Counted from the first letter of the stretch, positions 27,053-37,121 are shown. The stretch is DNA of 64,000 nt from an uncultured Gammaproteobacteria bacterium (GCA_964503265.1 CAZCYO010000002.1:2604-66603), one strand, 5' to 3'. Program-made: numbers and translations. Notes: a model not told the origin generated them from the sequence alone.

Positions 27053-27086
27053 ATCTAATAGATTCCCGCCTTCGCGGGAATGACAA
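27053..27086. repeat. conserved hairpin element copy 1 (atctaatagattcccgccttcgcgggaatgacaa)
   Basis: Shares flanks and stem with copies at 44027..44064 and 49557..49596; loop differs. Confidence 0.6.
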
Positions 27087-27150
27087 TTTTTCTGGATCCT
27101 GAATCAAGTTCAGATCACAGACTCCCTCTGGGAGATGACAATGGCTTTTG

Positions 27151-27233
27151 TGCCGCGGGAGAGATTCGAACTCTCATGCCATTGCTGACAGAGGCTCTTA
27201 AGGCCACCGTGTATACCATTCCACCACCGCGGC
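27151..27233 (-). tRNA. tRNA-Leu (anticodon TAA), long variable arm
   Basis: Hand-folded: acceptor GCCGCGG/CCGCGGC, anticodon loop CTTAAGA, 17-nt variable arm, T-loop TTCGAAT. Confidence 0.8.
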
Positions 27234-27274
27234 GAACACTACTGTATTTTACTTTAAATTGGCCACGTATTCAA

Positions 27275-28231
27275 CTAGTCATGTACAGGTGGAGTAATAC
27301 CAAGGACGTTTAGTGAATAATCGAGTAGTTCTTTCATTTCTTGCCTTCTATTTTCACTATGTAATAGTACTCCTAAGATCCTGTGACCTTTATAGTCTAG
27401 ATAGGTAATGAGACACATTCCAGCTTCAGGTGTGTAGCCTGTCTTAACACCTTTGACTCCTGGGTAGGTAGTTAAAAGGTTCGTTTCGTTGTAGAGATCA
27501 TATCCTTTATGCAAATTTGTCGCTCCTATATGATGTTCGTATGTAGCTGAAACTTCAGCAAAAAGAGGGAACTTCTCAAGTGCATATTTCGTAATGACTA
27601 CTAAATCACTTACAGTTGTATATTGCATTCCATCCCCTTGAAGACCAGAGGGATTTGAAAATCGAGTATCCGTAAGCCCTAAAGCCGCTGCTTTATCATT
27701 CATCGCTTGAACAAATGCTGTACGCCCCTGAGGATAATTCGACGCAAAAACCTCAGCAGCGTCATTGCCTGAATTGAGAATAAGTCCGTAGAGTAGTTCT
27801 TCCTGAGATAGTACTTCTCCAGCAGATAACCCCATACTATCTTCTCCAACCAAGTTTTCTCCATGTACAATATATCTATCATCAGTTCGTCTATTCTCAA
27901 GTGCGATAATAGCGGCCATGACTTTCGTAAGTGATGCCATAGGGAGTTTTTCTTTCGTATTCTTCCCGTAGAGCACCTTATCGACTGTGAGATCATACAT
28001 AAGAGCTGAGCTGGCTGTGATCGAAGGTCCTTTTATTTCACTACCATAAACTGCTTCAAGCAGTGGTGACCAGAGATCAAGTAAGGTTACTTGTTTGTTC
28101 TTATCCATACTCAGATAATCAGGGAGGGGAGAAGTGAACATTTGTTCGATTGGGGAGTGGAAAGGGATAAAGATAAAGAGACTAAAAAGAGAAAGTGTCA
28201 GAATGAAGACGAAAAGCAGGTTTCTCGACAT
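27275..28231 (-). CDS. D-alanyl-D-alanine carboxypeptidase (low-MW PBP, DacA-like)
   Basis: Signal peptide; SLTK (SxxK), SGN (SxN), KTG motifs. Confidence 0.8.
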   Translation of the reverse strand: MSRNLLFVFILTLSLFSLFIFIPFHSPIEQMFTSPLPDYLSMDKNKQVTLLDLWSPLLEAVYGSEIKGPSITASSALMYDLTVDKVLYGKNTKEKLPMASLTKVMAAIIALENRRTDDRYIVHGENLVGEDSMGLSAGEVLSQEELLYGLILNSGNDAAEVFASNYPQGRTAFVQAMNDKAAALGLTDTRFSNPSGLQGDGMQYTTVSDLVVITKYALEKFPLFAEVSATYEHHIGATNLHKGYDLYNETNLLTTYPGVKGVKTGYTPEAGMCLITYLDYKGHRILGVLLHSENRRQEMKELLDYSLNVLGITPPVHD

Positions 28232-28270
28232 GCATTTATTCTACCATAGAATGATATACTTAACGGAAGA

Positions 28271-29125
28271 ATGAACGAACAAAAATTGACAATTATTACC
28301 TTTAATACATTAGGCATTCCGTTTTTAACGACCCATCAACATAAAAACTATTTACAAATCTCACGAAGCTTGCTTGCACGTTTTCATTATCTGAGTGAAA
28401 CACTTAATACTGAAGATGCAGATGTGATCCTTCTGCAAGAAGTTCACCTCTATTCACTTCTCAGGTTACTGAAAAAAAAATTAACAAACTTTCCTTACGT
28501 TTCATATAAACGATTTTTATATGGTCCAAGAGGGGGACTTGTTATTTTTTCAAAATATGAACTTGATTCAGAGAATTACCTTGATTATTCTATTCGGGGA
28601 TCTTTTAAGAATAAAACATTTGTGACAAGAATAATAAGAAATGGTGCACTTATCTGTGGTATAAAAAATCTACGGTTTACTTTTATTAACACATACATTA
28701 CAGGAGATTTCTCACACAAATGGGGAGAAGAGAACAAATACTCGCCAGTACAACGCGAACAGTTACAGGAGCTGATAGCTGCAATTAAACATATTCAGAA
28801 AGAGGGTAAAGAAGTGATTATTGCAGGGGATATGAATATTAATTCAGGATCTTCACTCTATAAAGAGTTCATATCTTCACTTGATCTTACGGATGCATTT
28901 AAAGATTCGACAACATATACACATCATCCAGAATTTCTTCCAGAATGGGCAAATCCACCGCGCCTTGATCACGTTTTTATTACTGACAAACATAAAACGA
29001 TAACGAGTATAAAAACACATGAATTATTCACGAAGAAAGTGACTCTCGCCAATGGAAAGGAAAGCTATCTCTCAGATCATATCGCGCTGAAAGTGAGTAT
29101 TACGAGCAAAAAGGAAGAATCATAG
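28271..29125 (+). CDS. endonuclease/exonuclease/phosphatase (EEP) family protein
   Basis: ITFNTLGIP, LLQEV, AGDMNIN, LDHVF blocks typical of EEP fold. Confidence 0.7.
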   Translation: MNEQKLTIITFNTLGIPFLTTHQHKNYLQISRSLLARFHYLSETLNTEDADVILLQEVHLYSLLRLLKKKLTNFPYVSYKRFLYGPRGGLVIFSKYELDSENYLDYSIRGSFKNKTFVTRIIRNGALICGIKNLRFTFINTYITGDFSHKWGEENKYSPVQREQLQELIAAIKHIQKEGKEVIIAGDMNINSGSSLYKEFISSLDLTDAFKDSTTYTHHPEFLPEWANPPRLDHVFITDKHKTITSIKTHELFTKKVTLANGKESYLSDHIALKVSITSKKEES

Positions 29126-29246
29126 GAATGCTCATCGAGTCGAGAATGACATGAATAATGGATCTTAACAAGTCATAGACCCTCTGGGGATGACATAACT
29201 GAGATAAAATCTATCAATTTAGAAATCAAACAATTATAATCATTGT

Positions 29247-30020
29247 ATGAATATTCTTCAGGCGCTCATGATTTCTTTTGTTGAAGGAATCAGTGAGTTT
29301 TTACCTATATCTTCAACTGGACACCAAGTACTTGCATCACATATTCTCAGTATCCCTCAAACAGAATTTTTAAAAAGCTTTGAAATAATTATTCAACTCG
29401 GAGCCATCGCTGCAATCGTTTTTTTATATTGGAGAATATTGTTACAAGACAGAGAAGTATGGAAACGAATTATTGTCGCATTTATTCCAACTGCCGTTAT
29501 CGGATTTTTGTTGTATAAAATAATCAAAACAGTATTACTGGGTAATGAATGGGTCACTGTCCTTGCATTATTTATCGGGGGAATCATTCTTATTCTCATC
29601 GAGAAAAATCATGTCGAAAAAGAAATACACCACTCAGAAATTAAAGATATATCACTGAAAAATGCGTTCATAATCGGACTTATTCAGTCACTCTCTGTCA
29701 TCCCTGGAGTTTCACGTGCGGGTGCAACAATTATTGGCGGAATGATGCTTGGTACGAAAAGAAAAGCTGCGGTAGAGTTTTCATTCTTACTTGCAGTTCC
29801 CACGATGTTAGCAGCCACAGGACTTGATCTGCTAAAAAGTTCACATTCATTTACCTCAGATCAATTTCTGCTTCTTGCAATCGGACTTATAGGTTCATTT
29901 GTCACTGCGATCATAACAGTCAAATATTTAATTAGGTTTGTTCAGAATCATACTTTTGTAGGCTTTGGCATTTACCGTATGATAATTGCAGTAATCTATG
30001 CGATTATCTTTTTACGGTAA
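29247..30020 (+). CDS. uppP: undecaprenyl-diphosphatase
   Basis: N-terminal FVEGISEFLPISSTGHQVLA signature; polytopic. Confidence 0.9.
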   Translation: MNILQALMISFVEGISEFLPISSTGHQVLASHILSIPQTEFLKSFEIIIQLGAIAAIVFLYWRILLQDREVWKRIIVAFIPTAVIGFLLYKIIKTVLLGNEWVTVLALFIGGIILILIEKNHVEKEIHHSEIKDISLKNAFIIGLIQSLSVIPGVSRAGATIIGGMMLGTKRKAAVEFSFLLAVPTMLAATGLDLLKSSHSFTSDQFLLLAIGLIGSFVTAIITVKYLIRFVQNHTFVGFGIYRMIIAVIYAIIFLR

Positions 30021-30342
30021 GCTTATTTACCCCGCTTTATTTACGCTCATTATTCTTTTTCAGCAATTTTTCATGAAATTCTGCAGTTATTGACAAACAA
30101 TTTCTCGTCTTGTAAAGTAGTACTATACCACTATGGAGAAATGCTGCCCACATATCCGTAATTCTTTTGTCACCTCTGATGTTATACAACATGAGAGGTT
30201 TTTTTGTTCTTTTTTTACCCACGCCTACTTTCTAAAACAAACAGTTTTACATAAGTAGGGAATAGTAACTAATAATTTAGGCGGTCATAAACCCAGTGTA
30301 CACTGAGGTGAAGATCCCGAGCAAAGAAAGGGGGTGAAATAA

Positions 30343-30936
30343 ATGAATAAAATTAAATTAGCAACAAGTGTCGCATCTGCTGCTATGGTACTTTCTGCTT
30401 TTGTACCATCAGCGTTTGCTGCAAACTCAAATATCGTTGGAAACGGTGCGTTTAGTTGGAATACAGTTGTTATGAATTCTAATAAAATGACCGTTAAAAC
30501 CCAAAGCAATACAACAGTCGCAAATACTGTTGTTATGGCTAATACAAGTACTGGAGGAAATACTTCAGCACTTAATACAGGTGGTGGAAATGTAGTGACA
30601 TCAGGACCTGCTACGACTAACGTCGGTGTAGGAGTAGGTGGAAGTAGTAATACTATCGCTCCATCTATGTGTGGATGTGCTAACGCAAACGGAGGAAGTA
30701 ACGCAAATATCGTTGGAAATGGTGCTTTCTCAGTCAATGGAGTATTTGTTAACAAATCAAATACATCTGTCGTTTCTCAAAGTAACACAACATTAGCAGA
30801 TACTGGTGTGTTTACTAATACCACAACAGGTGGTAACAGTTCTGTCCTCAACACAGGAGGCGGAAGTTCTGTGATGTCTGGACCTGCAACGACAAACGTC
30901 GGAGTAGTAGTAACCGGTTCACAAAATTCTCAGTAA
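30343..30936 (+). CDS. secreted Asn/Thr/Gly-rich repeat protein (two about 95-aa repeats)
   Basis: Signal peptide; repeat signature NIVGNGAFS...QSNTT.A.T.V..NT.TGGN.S.LNTGGG..V.SGPATTNVGV; CGC linker. Confidence 0.6.
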   Translation: MNKIKLATSVASAAMVLSAFVPSAFAANSNIVGNGAFSWNTVVMNSNKMTVKTQSNTTVANTVVMANTSTGGNTSALNTGGGNVVTSGPATTNVGVGVGGSSNTIAPSMCGCANANGGSNANIVGNGAFSVNGVFVNKSNTSVVSQSNTTLADTGVFTNTTTGGNSSVLNTGGGSSVMSGPATTNVGVVVTGSQNSQ

Positions 30937-30955
30937 GCTGAGATCATAAAAAAAC

Positions 30956-30996
30956 AAATCCCCGCATTCTGAGTAATCTAAATGCGGGGATTTTGT
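30956..30996 (+). terminator. rho-independent terminator
   Basis: aaatccccgcat-loop-atgcggggattt then TTTT. Confidence 0.6.
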
Positions 30997-31078
30997 TAGC
31001 GAATAACTCTAAAAAAATAGATGGTATAAATTGATCTAGTTGACAAGAATTTGATAATTTTCCACAATAGATAGAGAT

Positions 31079-31246
31079 ATGGCTGTTAAAAAGAAATCAG
31101 TATCGAGTATTCCACTTTCAAGTCGAAAAATTGTTCTTCATCGTAGTTTAGAAAAGCCTGTTCATAATCTCATCGGATATTCTATACTGCTTATTCTAGC
31201 GATTGTAACACTTGCGATCATCTTCTCAATTCAACAAAGCGTTTAA
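31079..31246 (+). CDS. possible small membrane peptide (55 aa)
   Basis: Own translation MAVKKKSVSSIPLSSRKIVLHRSLEKPVHNLIGYSILLILAIVTLAIIFSIQQSV; weak SD. Confidence 0.2.
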   Translation: MAVKKKSVSSIPLSSRKIVLHRSLEKPVHNLIGYSILLILAIVTLAIIFSIQQSV

Positions 31247-31247
31247 T

Positions 31248-31805
31248 TTATTTTTCCTTCGCATAGATAAGCAATCTTTTCAGTGTAGTTCCTATCGGTG
31301 TACAAGTCTGCAAGATTAAGACATCTCCCGTAACCTCAGTGACTGCACTCACTTCAGTCGGCCAGACTTCCTTCATATCATACACTTCATAGGTATATTC
31401 TGTATCGTTACGAGTTAGAATAATATGATCATTTTTTTTCAATTCTCCTAGACGGAGAAATATCGTATTAAATCGTGTCACTTCCCATGGAAAACCACTT
31501 GAATGAGCAAATAAAAATATGACTCCTTTTTCTCCTGGAAGTGCTGTATCTTTGGCTTGTGCCACACCTTTTTGTAGTGCTGGTCTATAGATTGATTCAC
31601 TCCACGGATCGACTCCTGGGATGATTGGGGATTGTGCGTGAATTTTTGGAATCGTAATTGTCAAACCATGCAGTGTCGAGATCGGACGGAGCTGAGGAGG
31701 AAGAAGATACGCAAACAACAGGGGATAGAGGACAAAGGTAAAAAAACTGATAGAAGAGACAATCAGTATATTTCCGAGATAATAAAAAAATGATTTATTA
31801 AACAT
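31248..31805 (-). CDS. sortase (transpeptidase)
   Basis: N-terminal TM; His in FLFAHSSG, catalytic Cys in LILQTCTP (TLxTC), Arg in TLKRLL. Confidence 0.75.
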   Translation of the reverse strand: MFNKSFFYYLGNILIVSSISFFTFVLYPLLFAYLLPPQLRPISTLHGLTITIPKIHAQSPIIPGVDPWSESIYRPALQKGVAQAKDTALPGEKGVIFLFAHSSGFPWEVTRFNTIFLRLGELKKNDHIILTRNDTEYTYEVYDMKEVWPTEVSAVTEVTGDVLILQTCTPIGTTLKRLLIYAKEK

Positions 31806-31894
31806 ATATCGTATGTATGGTGACGATTGTACGTCTGGAGTGTGATTTTGTCAAAAAAAAAGCGACTCTCACATTGAGTCGCTTTCTATACTCT

Positions 31895-33013
31895 CTAGAG
31901 ACTAGAGGGTGAGTTCCCGGATCGCAGTCTTAAATAGACACCCATAAAGAGCATAAACATATTTCCAATGAGCAGCATGAATAACCAATTTCCACCTGTC
32001 GCTGGAAGAACTGATCCAGTCGTTGCACCAAGCACTGAGCCTCCACTTGATCCACCAGATGATGGATTTGATGATCCTCCTGGGTTACTCGTCGTAGTAG
32101 GAGGAGTTGTCGGTGGGTTAGATGGATTTGATGGTGTTTCTTTACATACACCCATCTGCACGGTATTTACATTCCCGACATTAGTAATAGTGGTCATAGC
32201 GAGAATAGAACCTGTCGTGATCGATACATTCCCGTTATTTCCATTTGCACTGTTTCCGCCAGTATTCAAATTATAGAGAACAGTATTAATAATCGTTTCA
32301 TTATTCAGTACATTGATCGAAACAAGGTTGTTAGTAGATATATTCGTTGTATTCGTAGACCCAGCTCCGTTTCCAATAATTTTTATTTTATAAGGATCTG
32401 ATTCAGTATGACCAAGTTGCACAACGTTGCTGTTATAGGTGTTAGAAATAGCGTTGTTAACAAAAACTGATCCAGTAGTAATAGACGTGTTGCCATTATT
32501 TCCATTTGCACTGTTTCCGCCAGTATTTATATTCCCAGTAACAGTATTCGTAATAGTTGCATTATTTGTGGTTGAGACTGCGGTTTGATTTGACGAAGCA
32601 ACACCGGCGGTGTTGGTTGAACCGCTGCCATTTCCACTTACAGTAATTGTGCCAGAGCCATTACTCCCGTCTGTTGAGCAGCCACATCCAGATATAACAG
32701 TATTTGTATTACCTGAGTTCGCAACTGAGGTAGTGCTTTGGGCATTTCCTGTTGAGACAGATGTAGTACCGTTATTTGCATTAGCACTGTTCCCGCCAGT
32801 ATTTGCATTTGAGGTGACGGCGTTCGTTGTTGTATTGGTATTAGATGACTGCACTGAAACCTGAGAGTTTGAGTTGGTGTTTACTTGATTGTCACTTGTC
32901 GAACCATTATCAGCGATTACGATATCATCAGCATGTGCTGGATGAACCACAACGCCACTTCCAAGAAGTGCAATTAATGGCACTAATAATAATATATATA
33001 TTTTTTGCTTCAT
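31895..33013 (-). CDS. LPXTG-anchored Asn/Thr/Gly-rich repeat surface protein
   Basis: Signal peptide; NTGGNSANxNNG repeats; C-terminal LPATGG then hydrophobic segment then RLRSGN. Confidence 0.75.
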   Translation of the reverse strand: MKQKIYILLLVPLIALLGSGVVVHPAHADDIVIADNGSTSDNQVNTNSNSQVSVQSSNTNTTTNAVTSNANTGGNSANANNGTTSVSTGNAQSTTSVANSGNTNTVISGCGCSTDGSNGSGTITVSGNGSGSTNTAGVASSNQTAVSTTNNATITNTVTGNINTGGNSANGNNGNTSITTGSVFVNNAISNTYNSNVVQLGHTESDPYKIKIIGNGAGSTNTTNISTNNLVSINVLNNETIINTVLYNLNTGGNSANGNNGNVSITTGSILAMTTITNVGNVNTVQMGVCKETPSNPSNPPTTPPTTTSNPGGSSNPSSGGSSGGSVLGATTGSVLPATGGNWLFMLLIGNMFMLFMGVYLRLRSGNSPSSL

Positions 33014-33073
33014 AACACGAACAATACTGATTGTTTGAATAAACTTACGAGGGCAATAGTAAGTTATTTTCGT

Positions 33074-35305
33074 TTACTTTCCGCTGGACAGGCGTGGAAG
33101 GATAACTTTTTTTCCAATAACTGCAAGTGCAATGATTGGAAGAGCCAGAATGAACCAAGCAAGATTGATTGATAACGCACTTGTATTTGCAAAGATTGTA
33201 TTTAAGTCAGATGACTCACCAAGAACATAGACACCGGTTTTAGATGAATTAGTTTTATTTGCAGCTGCTAGTACTTCCTGTGATGTTGATGCAGCTGTTC
33301 CAGCTCGTGCTATGATGCCTTGTGTCGTAGATACTGGCTGAGTCGTCGTCGTCGGTGCTGGCGTGACAGTTACTTGAGCTGGCGCAGTAACAGTTGATTG
33401 AGCTGAAGCTGAATGATTCTGTGCTCCATCTTCTTTCGTATGGCCTGGGGTAATAAGATTTCCAACCCATGAGCCAAAGACATTAACAACTGTAACAACT
33501 AATTTTCCTTTTCCTACGATATTGTTATTTACGAAGTTTACTAAATTAGCGATAACATTTGCATTACCTGTTTTAACAGTACTACTGCCACCAGTATTTT
33601 CATTTGCTGTGTTACCACCGGTGTTTGCAGAAAGATTAATAGTATTAGTGATATGCGCATCGTTGTTTTGTTCTGTATTCGATGAGTTGTTTGTTGTATC
33701 AGAAGCATTATTGTTAGATCCAGCTCCATTGCCTGTGTTCGTCGTGTCCCCATTAGATGCTGTGACAGTTCCATTCTCATCGACTGTAAACTCTGTGCCT
33801 TCACTGCCAGCCATGTCAGATCCATCTGGAGAGCCAACTAATTTACCTACCCATTGACCAGCACGGTTCACAAGTACTAACCACCATGTTTTTCCACTAT
33901 CGACATTCGAATTTGCGACGTTTAGGGTAGTTGCTTTTACATTTGCATTACCCGAGGTAACAGTGTTACTTCCATCAGTGTTAGCACTTGTCGAGTTATC
34001 ACCAGTATTTGCATCGAAGGTTAAGTTATTATCGATGATTGCGTTATTTGATTGACTTGTATTATTTGTATTGTTTCCAGTGGTTGAAGCATTATTATTT
34101 GAACCTGCACCATTGCCACTGTTTTTTGTTGTAGATGCACTTGGAGAGTCTGTTTCAGGTGCGACGAGTTCGTTTGGAATAATGATATCTCCCTCTAAGT
34201 TACCATAGATATTAATCGTGTTGTACTGTACGTTTCCACCGTCAATGTTGTTATTTGCGAAGGTTAAAACGTTTGCATCAACGTTTGCGTTCCCTGTACG
34301 AACAGTCGTACTTCCACCTGTGTTATCAGATGCATCATTGTAGCCACTATTTGATGAGAGAGTCAGCTCTGATCCGACAGTCGCGTTGTTAGATTGTGAT
34401 GTATTATCACTACTGTTAGCCGTTGTTGATGCGTTATTGTTTGAACCTGCGCCATTACCAGTATTCGTTGCAGAGCCAGTACTCCCAGGGCATCCTGAAA
34501 TACAATGTGATGCAACATTTTGTGGAGTAAGGACGATATCTCCATGATAGTCATCGTTAACGTTAAATTCAGCAACTTGTACACCATCAAGATTTGTATT
34601 TACTGAGGTAATAACAGTACCACTCGTATTTGCATCTCCAGTAGTTACTGTCGTATTACCATTCGTATTATATGAAGCAGAGTTATTTCCACTATCTGTT
34701 GCGAGTTGAAGTGAATTTCCTACAGTTGCGTTATTTGTCTGTGCTGTATTTGCTGAGTCAGATACTGTTGCTGAGCTACTATTATTCGATCCAGCACCGT
34801 TTCCTGTATTAGCAGCAGAGTCATCACCTGTCGTGCAAGCAGAGCAGGAACTACTACCATTTCCATTTGCAGTATTATTATTCGCATTTGTCGTGATCGT
34901 ACCACTATTCGTAGTATTTCCTGTTGCGACAGTAGTATTGCCATTATTACCATTTGAAGTTGTTCCTGTGTCGCCAGTTGAACCTGCCTGTTGTGCTGCT
35001 GCATTTTGCGCTTGTGCAGGAGTTGGAGTAGGGGTTTCACCTGGTTTTAACGGCTGATCTGGTTGGTCAGGGGTTACAGGCGCTTGAGTAGGAGCAGCAG
35101 TTGGGGCTGTCGTTGATGGTTTTTGTGGCGCTTGTGGTGCAGAAGGAACCTGTGGAGCAGGAGCTGAGGTAACTTGTGCTTGTGGTGCGACAGCAGCATC
35201 AGCTACAGGAGCATCATCAGCCAAAGCTGGTGTAATATTTACGGTTAATAATGCAATCACTAAGAGTGATGCAATAGTTTTTTTAATTGTTTCTAAATAA
35301 TTCAT
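33074..35305 (-). CDS. large secreted Asn/Thr/Gly-rich tandem-repeat surface protein with C-terminal TM anchor
   Basis: 743 aa; about five 115-aa repeats (NTGNGAGSNNxAS...SNNATVG...); Pro/Ala/Gln-rich linker after signal peptide; C-terminal TM plus KK tail, no LPXTG. Confidence 0.7.
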   Translation of the reverse strand: MNYLETIKKTIASLLVIALLTVNITPALADDAPVADAAVAPQAQVTSAPAPQVPSAPQAPQKPSTTAPTAAPTQAPVTPDQPDQPLKPGETPTPTPAQAQNAAAQQAGSTGDTGTTSNGNNGNTTVATGNTTNSGTITTNANNNTANGNGSSSCSACTTGDDSAANTGNGAGSNNSSSATVSDSANTAQTNNATVGNSLQLATDSGNNSASYNTNGNTTVTTGDANTSGTVITSVNTNLDGVQVAEFNVNDDYHGDIVLTPQNVASHCISGCPGSTGSATNTGNGAGSNNNASTTANSSDNTSQSNNATVGSELTLSSNSGYNDASDNTGGSTTVRTGNANVDANVLTFANNNIDGGNVQYNTINIYGNLEGDIIIPNELVAPETDSPSASTTKNSGNGAGSNNNASTTGNNTNNTSQSNNAIIDNNLTFDANTGDNSTSANTDGSNTVTSGNANVKATTLNVANSNVDSGKTWWLVLVNRAGQWVGKLVGSPDGSDMAGSEGTEFTVDENGTVTASNGDTTNTGNGAGSNNNASDTTNNSSNTEQNNDAHITNTINLSANTGGNTANENTGGSSTVKTGNANVIANLVNFVNNNIVGKGKLVVTVVNVFGSWVGNLITPGHTKEDGAQNHSASAQSTVTAPAQVTVTPAPTTTTQPVSTTQGIIARAGTAASTSQEVLAAANKTNSSKTGVYVLGESSDLNTIFANTSALSINLAWFILALPIIALAVIGKKVILPRLSSGK

Positions 35306-35313
35306 ATTTATAT

Positions 35314-35362
35314 CTAATTTCTAATTTCTAATTTCTAATTTCTAATTTCTAATTTCTAATTT
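35314..35362. repeat. heptanucleotide tandem repeat (CTAATTT)x7, i.e. (AATTAGA)7 on the coding strand of the downstream gene
   Basis: Seven perfect units located 9 to 57 nt upstream of ATG (35305) of the 743-aa surface protein. Confidence 0.9.
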
Positions 35363-35431
35363 GATTATTATGAGGACACGAGAGTACTTTTACCGAAGTG
35401 CTGATAAAGCACTCTCGTTTGTCCTACATAA

Positions 35432-36682
35432 TTACATTGACATGAAAGCCATCCATGCTGCCCACATACCTGAAAAGTTAGATGTGAAACTAACATTACC
35501 AAGACCTGGGAGTGCGATAGCGCCATTACCAACGTTGTTTACGTTACCACCGTTTGCGATAGTAACTTCAGTGAGAGCTCCACCTGAAGTAACAGCTGGA
35601 TCTGTGATCATTCCGTAGACTGATCCTGTGTTTGCACTTGCGTCATTACCACCAGTTGCTGCTGTTGGAATAGCGAAGTTACTTAACAGTTCACTGTTTG
35701 TTGTTGAAACAGCAAGGATATTATTATTGTTAGCGTTAATAGCTGAGGCTGAGCCTGCGCCATTTCCGAGAACTTTATAAAGATCTCCTGTTGTTGTGCA
35801 ACCACAATCATTTAATGAAGCAACGTTGAAGTTAGGTTCATTAACGATGTGTGCTTTTGCAATTGCAGGTCCTGAAGTAACGGCGACGTTACCACCAGTG
35901 TTTGCACTTGCGTTGTTTCCTCCAGTAGCTGCTGTAGAGAACACAGAGTTCAAGATAACAGCACTGTTAGATTGTCCAAGTGAAACTGTTTTATTATCAT
36001 TAAGATTAGCTGAGTTTTGTGAACCCGCGCCGTTTCCACTGATAAGAACAGTGTCTCCTGAAAGTCCTGCAACACCTCCGACTGAACCAATCTGAGCTGA
36101 GTTGACGTTAGCTGCGTTAGCAACTGAAACTTGTGAAGCTGCTCCACCTGCAGTAACAGTAACGTTACCACCAGTGTTTGCACTTGCGTTGTTTCCGCCA
36201 GTTGATGCATCAGATGTGATTAAATTAGAGATAGCTGCATTGTTTGTTTGTCCAAGTGCTGTTGTATTGTTGTGATTAGAGTTAACTGCGTTAGCTGAGC
36301 CAGCGCCGTTATCAAGAATTCCAACAGTATTTGCACCACCTTGACAGTTACAATTTCCATTAACCAATGCTGAATTTGTATTTGCAGCGTTAGTGACAGA
36401 AACTCCAGAGATAGCATTTCCTGATGTAACAGTAGTGTTTCCTCCAGTGTTCGCACTTGCATTGTTTCCTCCAGTTGTTGCAGTTGATACAACAGTGTTA
36501 GAAATGTTTGCATTATTGCTTTGTGATACAGATGTAACGTTGTTGTTATTGGTATTGACCTGGTTTTGTGAACCAGCTCCGTTTCCAGCAACTACGTCAG
36601 TGTTAGCAAAGGCCATTGGTGCTAAGGCATTGAGTAAGACTGCTCCGGTTGCGATAGCTGTAGCGATTTTTTTATTTAACAT
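35432..36682 (-). CDS. secreted Asn/Thr/Gly-rich repeat protein (paralog of 30343, 31895, 33074)
   Basis: Signal peptide MLNKKIATAIATGAVLLNALAPMAFA; repeats GNGAGSQN...ANTGGN; CxC linkers. Confidence 0.65.
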   Translation of the reverse strand: MLNKKIATAIATGAVLLNALAPMAFANTDVVAGNGAGSQNQVNTNNNNVTSVSQSNNANISNTVVSTATTGGNNASANTGGNTTVTSGNAISGVSVTNAANTNSALVNGNCNCQGGANTVGILDNGAGSANAVNSNHNNTTALGQTNNAAISNLITSDASTGGNNASANTGGNVTVTAGGAASQVSVANAANVNSAQIGSVGGVAGLSGDTVLISGNGAGSQNSANLNDNKTVSLGQSNSAVILNSVFSTAATGGNNASANTGGNVAVTSGPAIAKAHIVNEPNFNVASLNDCGCTTTGDLYKVLGNGAGSASAINANNNNILAVSTTNSELLSNFAIPTAATGGNDASANTGSVYGMITDPAVTSGGALTEVTIANGGNVNNVGNGAIALPGLGNVSFTSNFSGMWAAWMAFMSM

Positions 36683-37121
36683 ATATTTTTATTTTTCACC
36701 CCCTCTCTTTTGTAGGATCTCTTAATTAAAAGAGCACTTCATTTTTTTTCCGTTTTTATCTAAATGCCTGAGGCCTTAGATAAAAAAACGGAAATTTCCC
36801 GCATCTAATTATTTAGATAAGAGAAATCTCCGTTTTTGAGATATGTACTGTATTTATTTTAAAAACTATATTCATATTTTGTATTACCTAATATATCTTG
36901 TATTTATTATGATTGTGTAAGAATACTAACTTCGTAATAATATTCTTACAACTATTTTGTAAACAAAAAAAGGCACCATTATATGAATACAATTTTCATA
37001 TAAAGATGCCTCCGGGAGCGGTCAGCTCTTTTATTTACTCTTTACTCTGTAGTGGTAAAGATGTGTTCTAAACACTAAATATAGATATTAGTGAAATCTT
37101 TGTCAATAGGGAAAATCTTGA

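Noticed and set aside
35314-35362. CRISPR array (also considered for 43426..43536)
   Set aside because: The units are 7 or 14 nt, perfectly tandem, with no spacers; no cas genes are present.
35361-35618. ORF 35361..35618 (+)
   Set aside because: It begins in the heptamer repeat and overlaps the signal-peptide end of the minus-strand repeat protein. Its translation is an antisense artefact (Pro/Leu/Thr-rich).
36757-36800. Long hairpin ccgtttttatctaa...ttagataaaaaaacgg as a terminator
   Set aside because: No U-tract on either strand after the stem. It lies in the AT-rich promoter region of the repeat-protein gene; possibly a regulatory palindrome, but unsupported.
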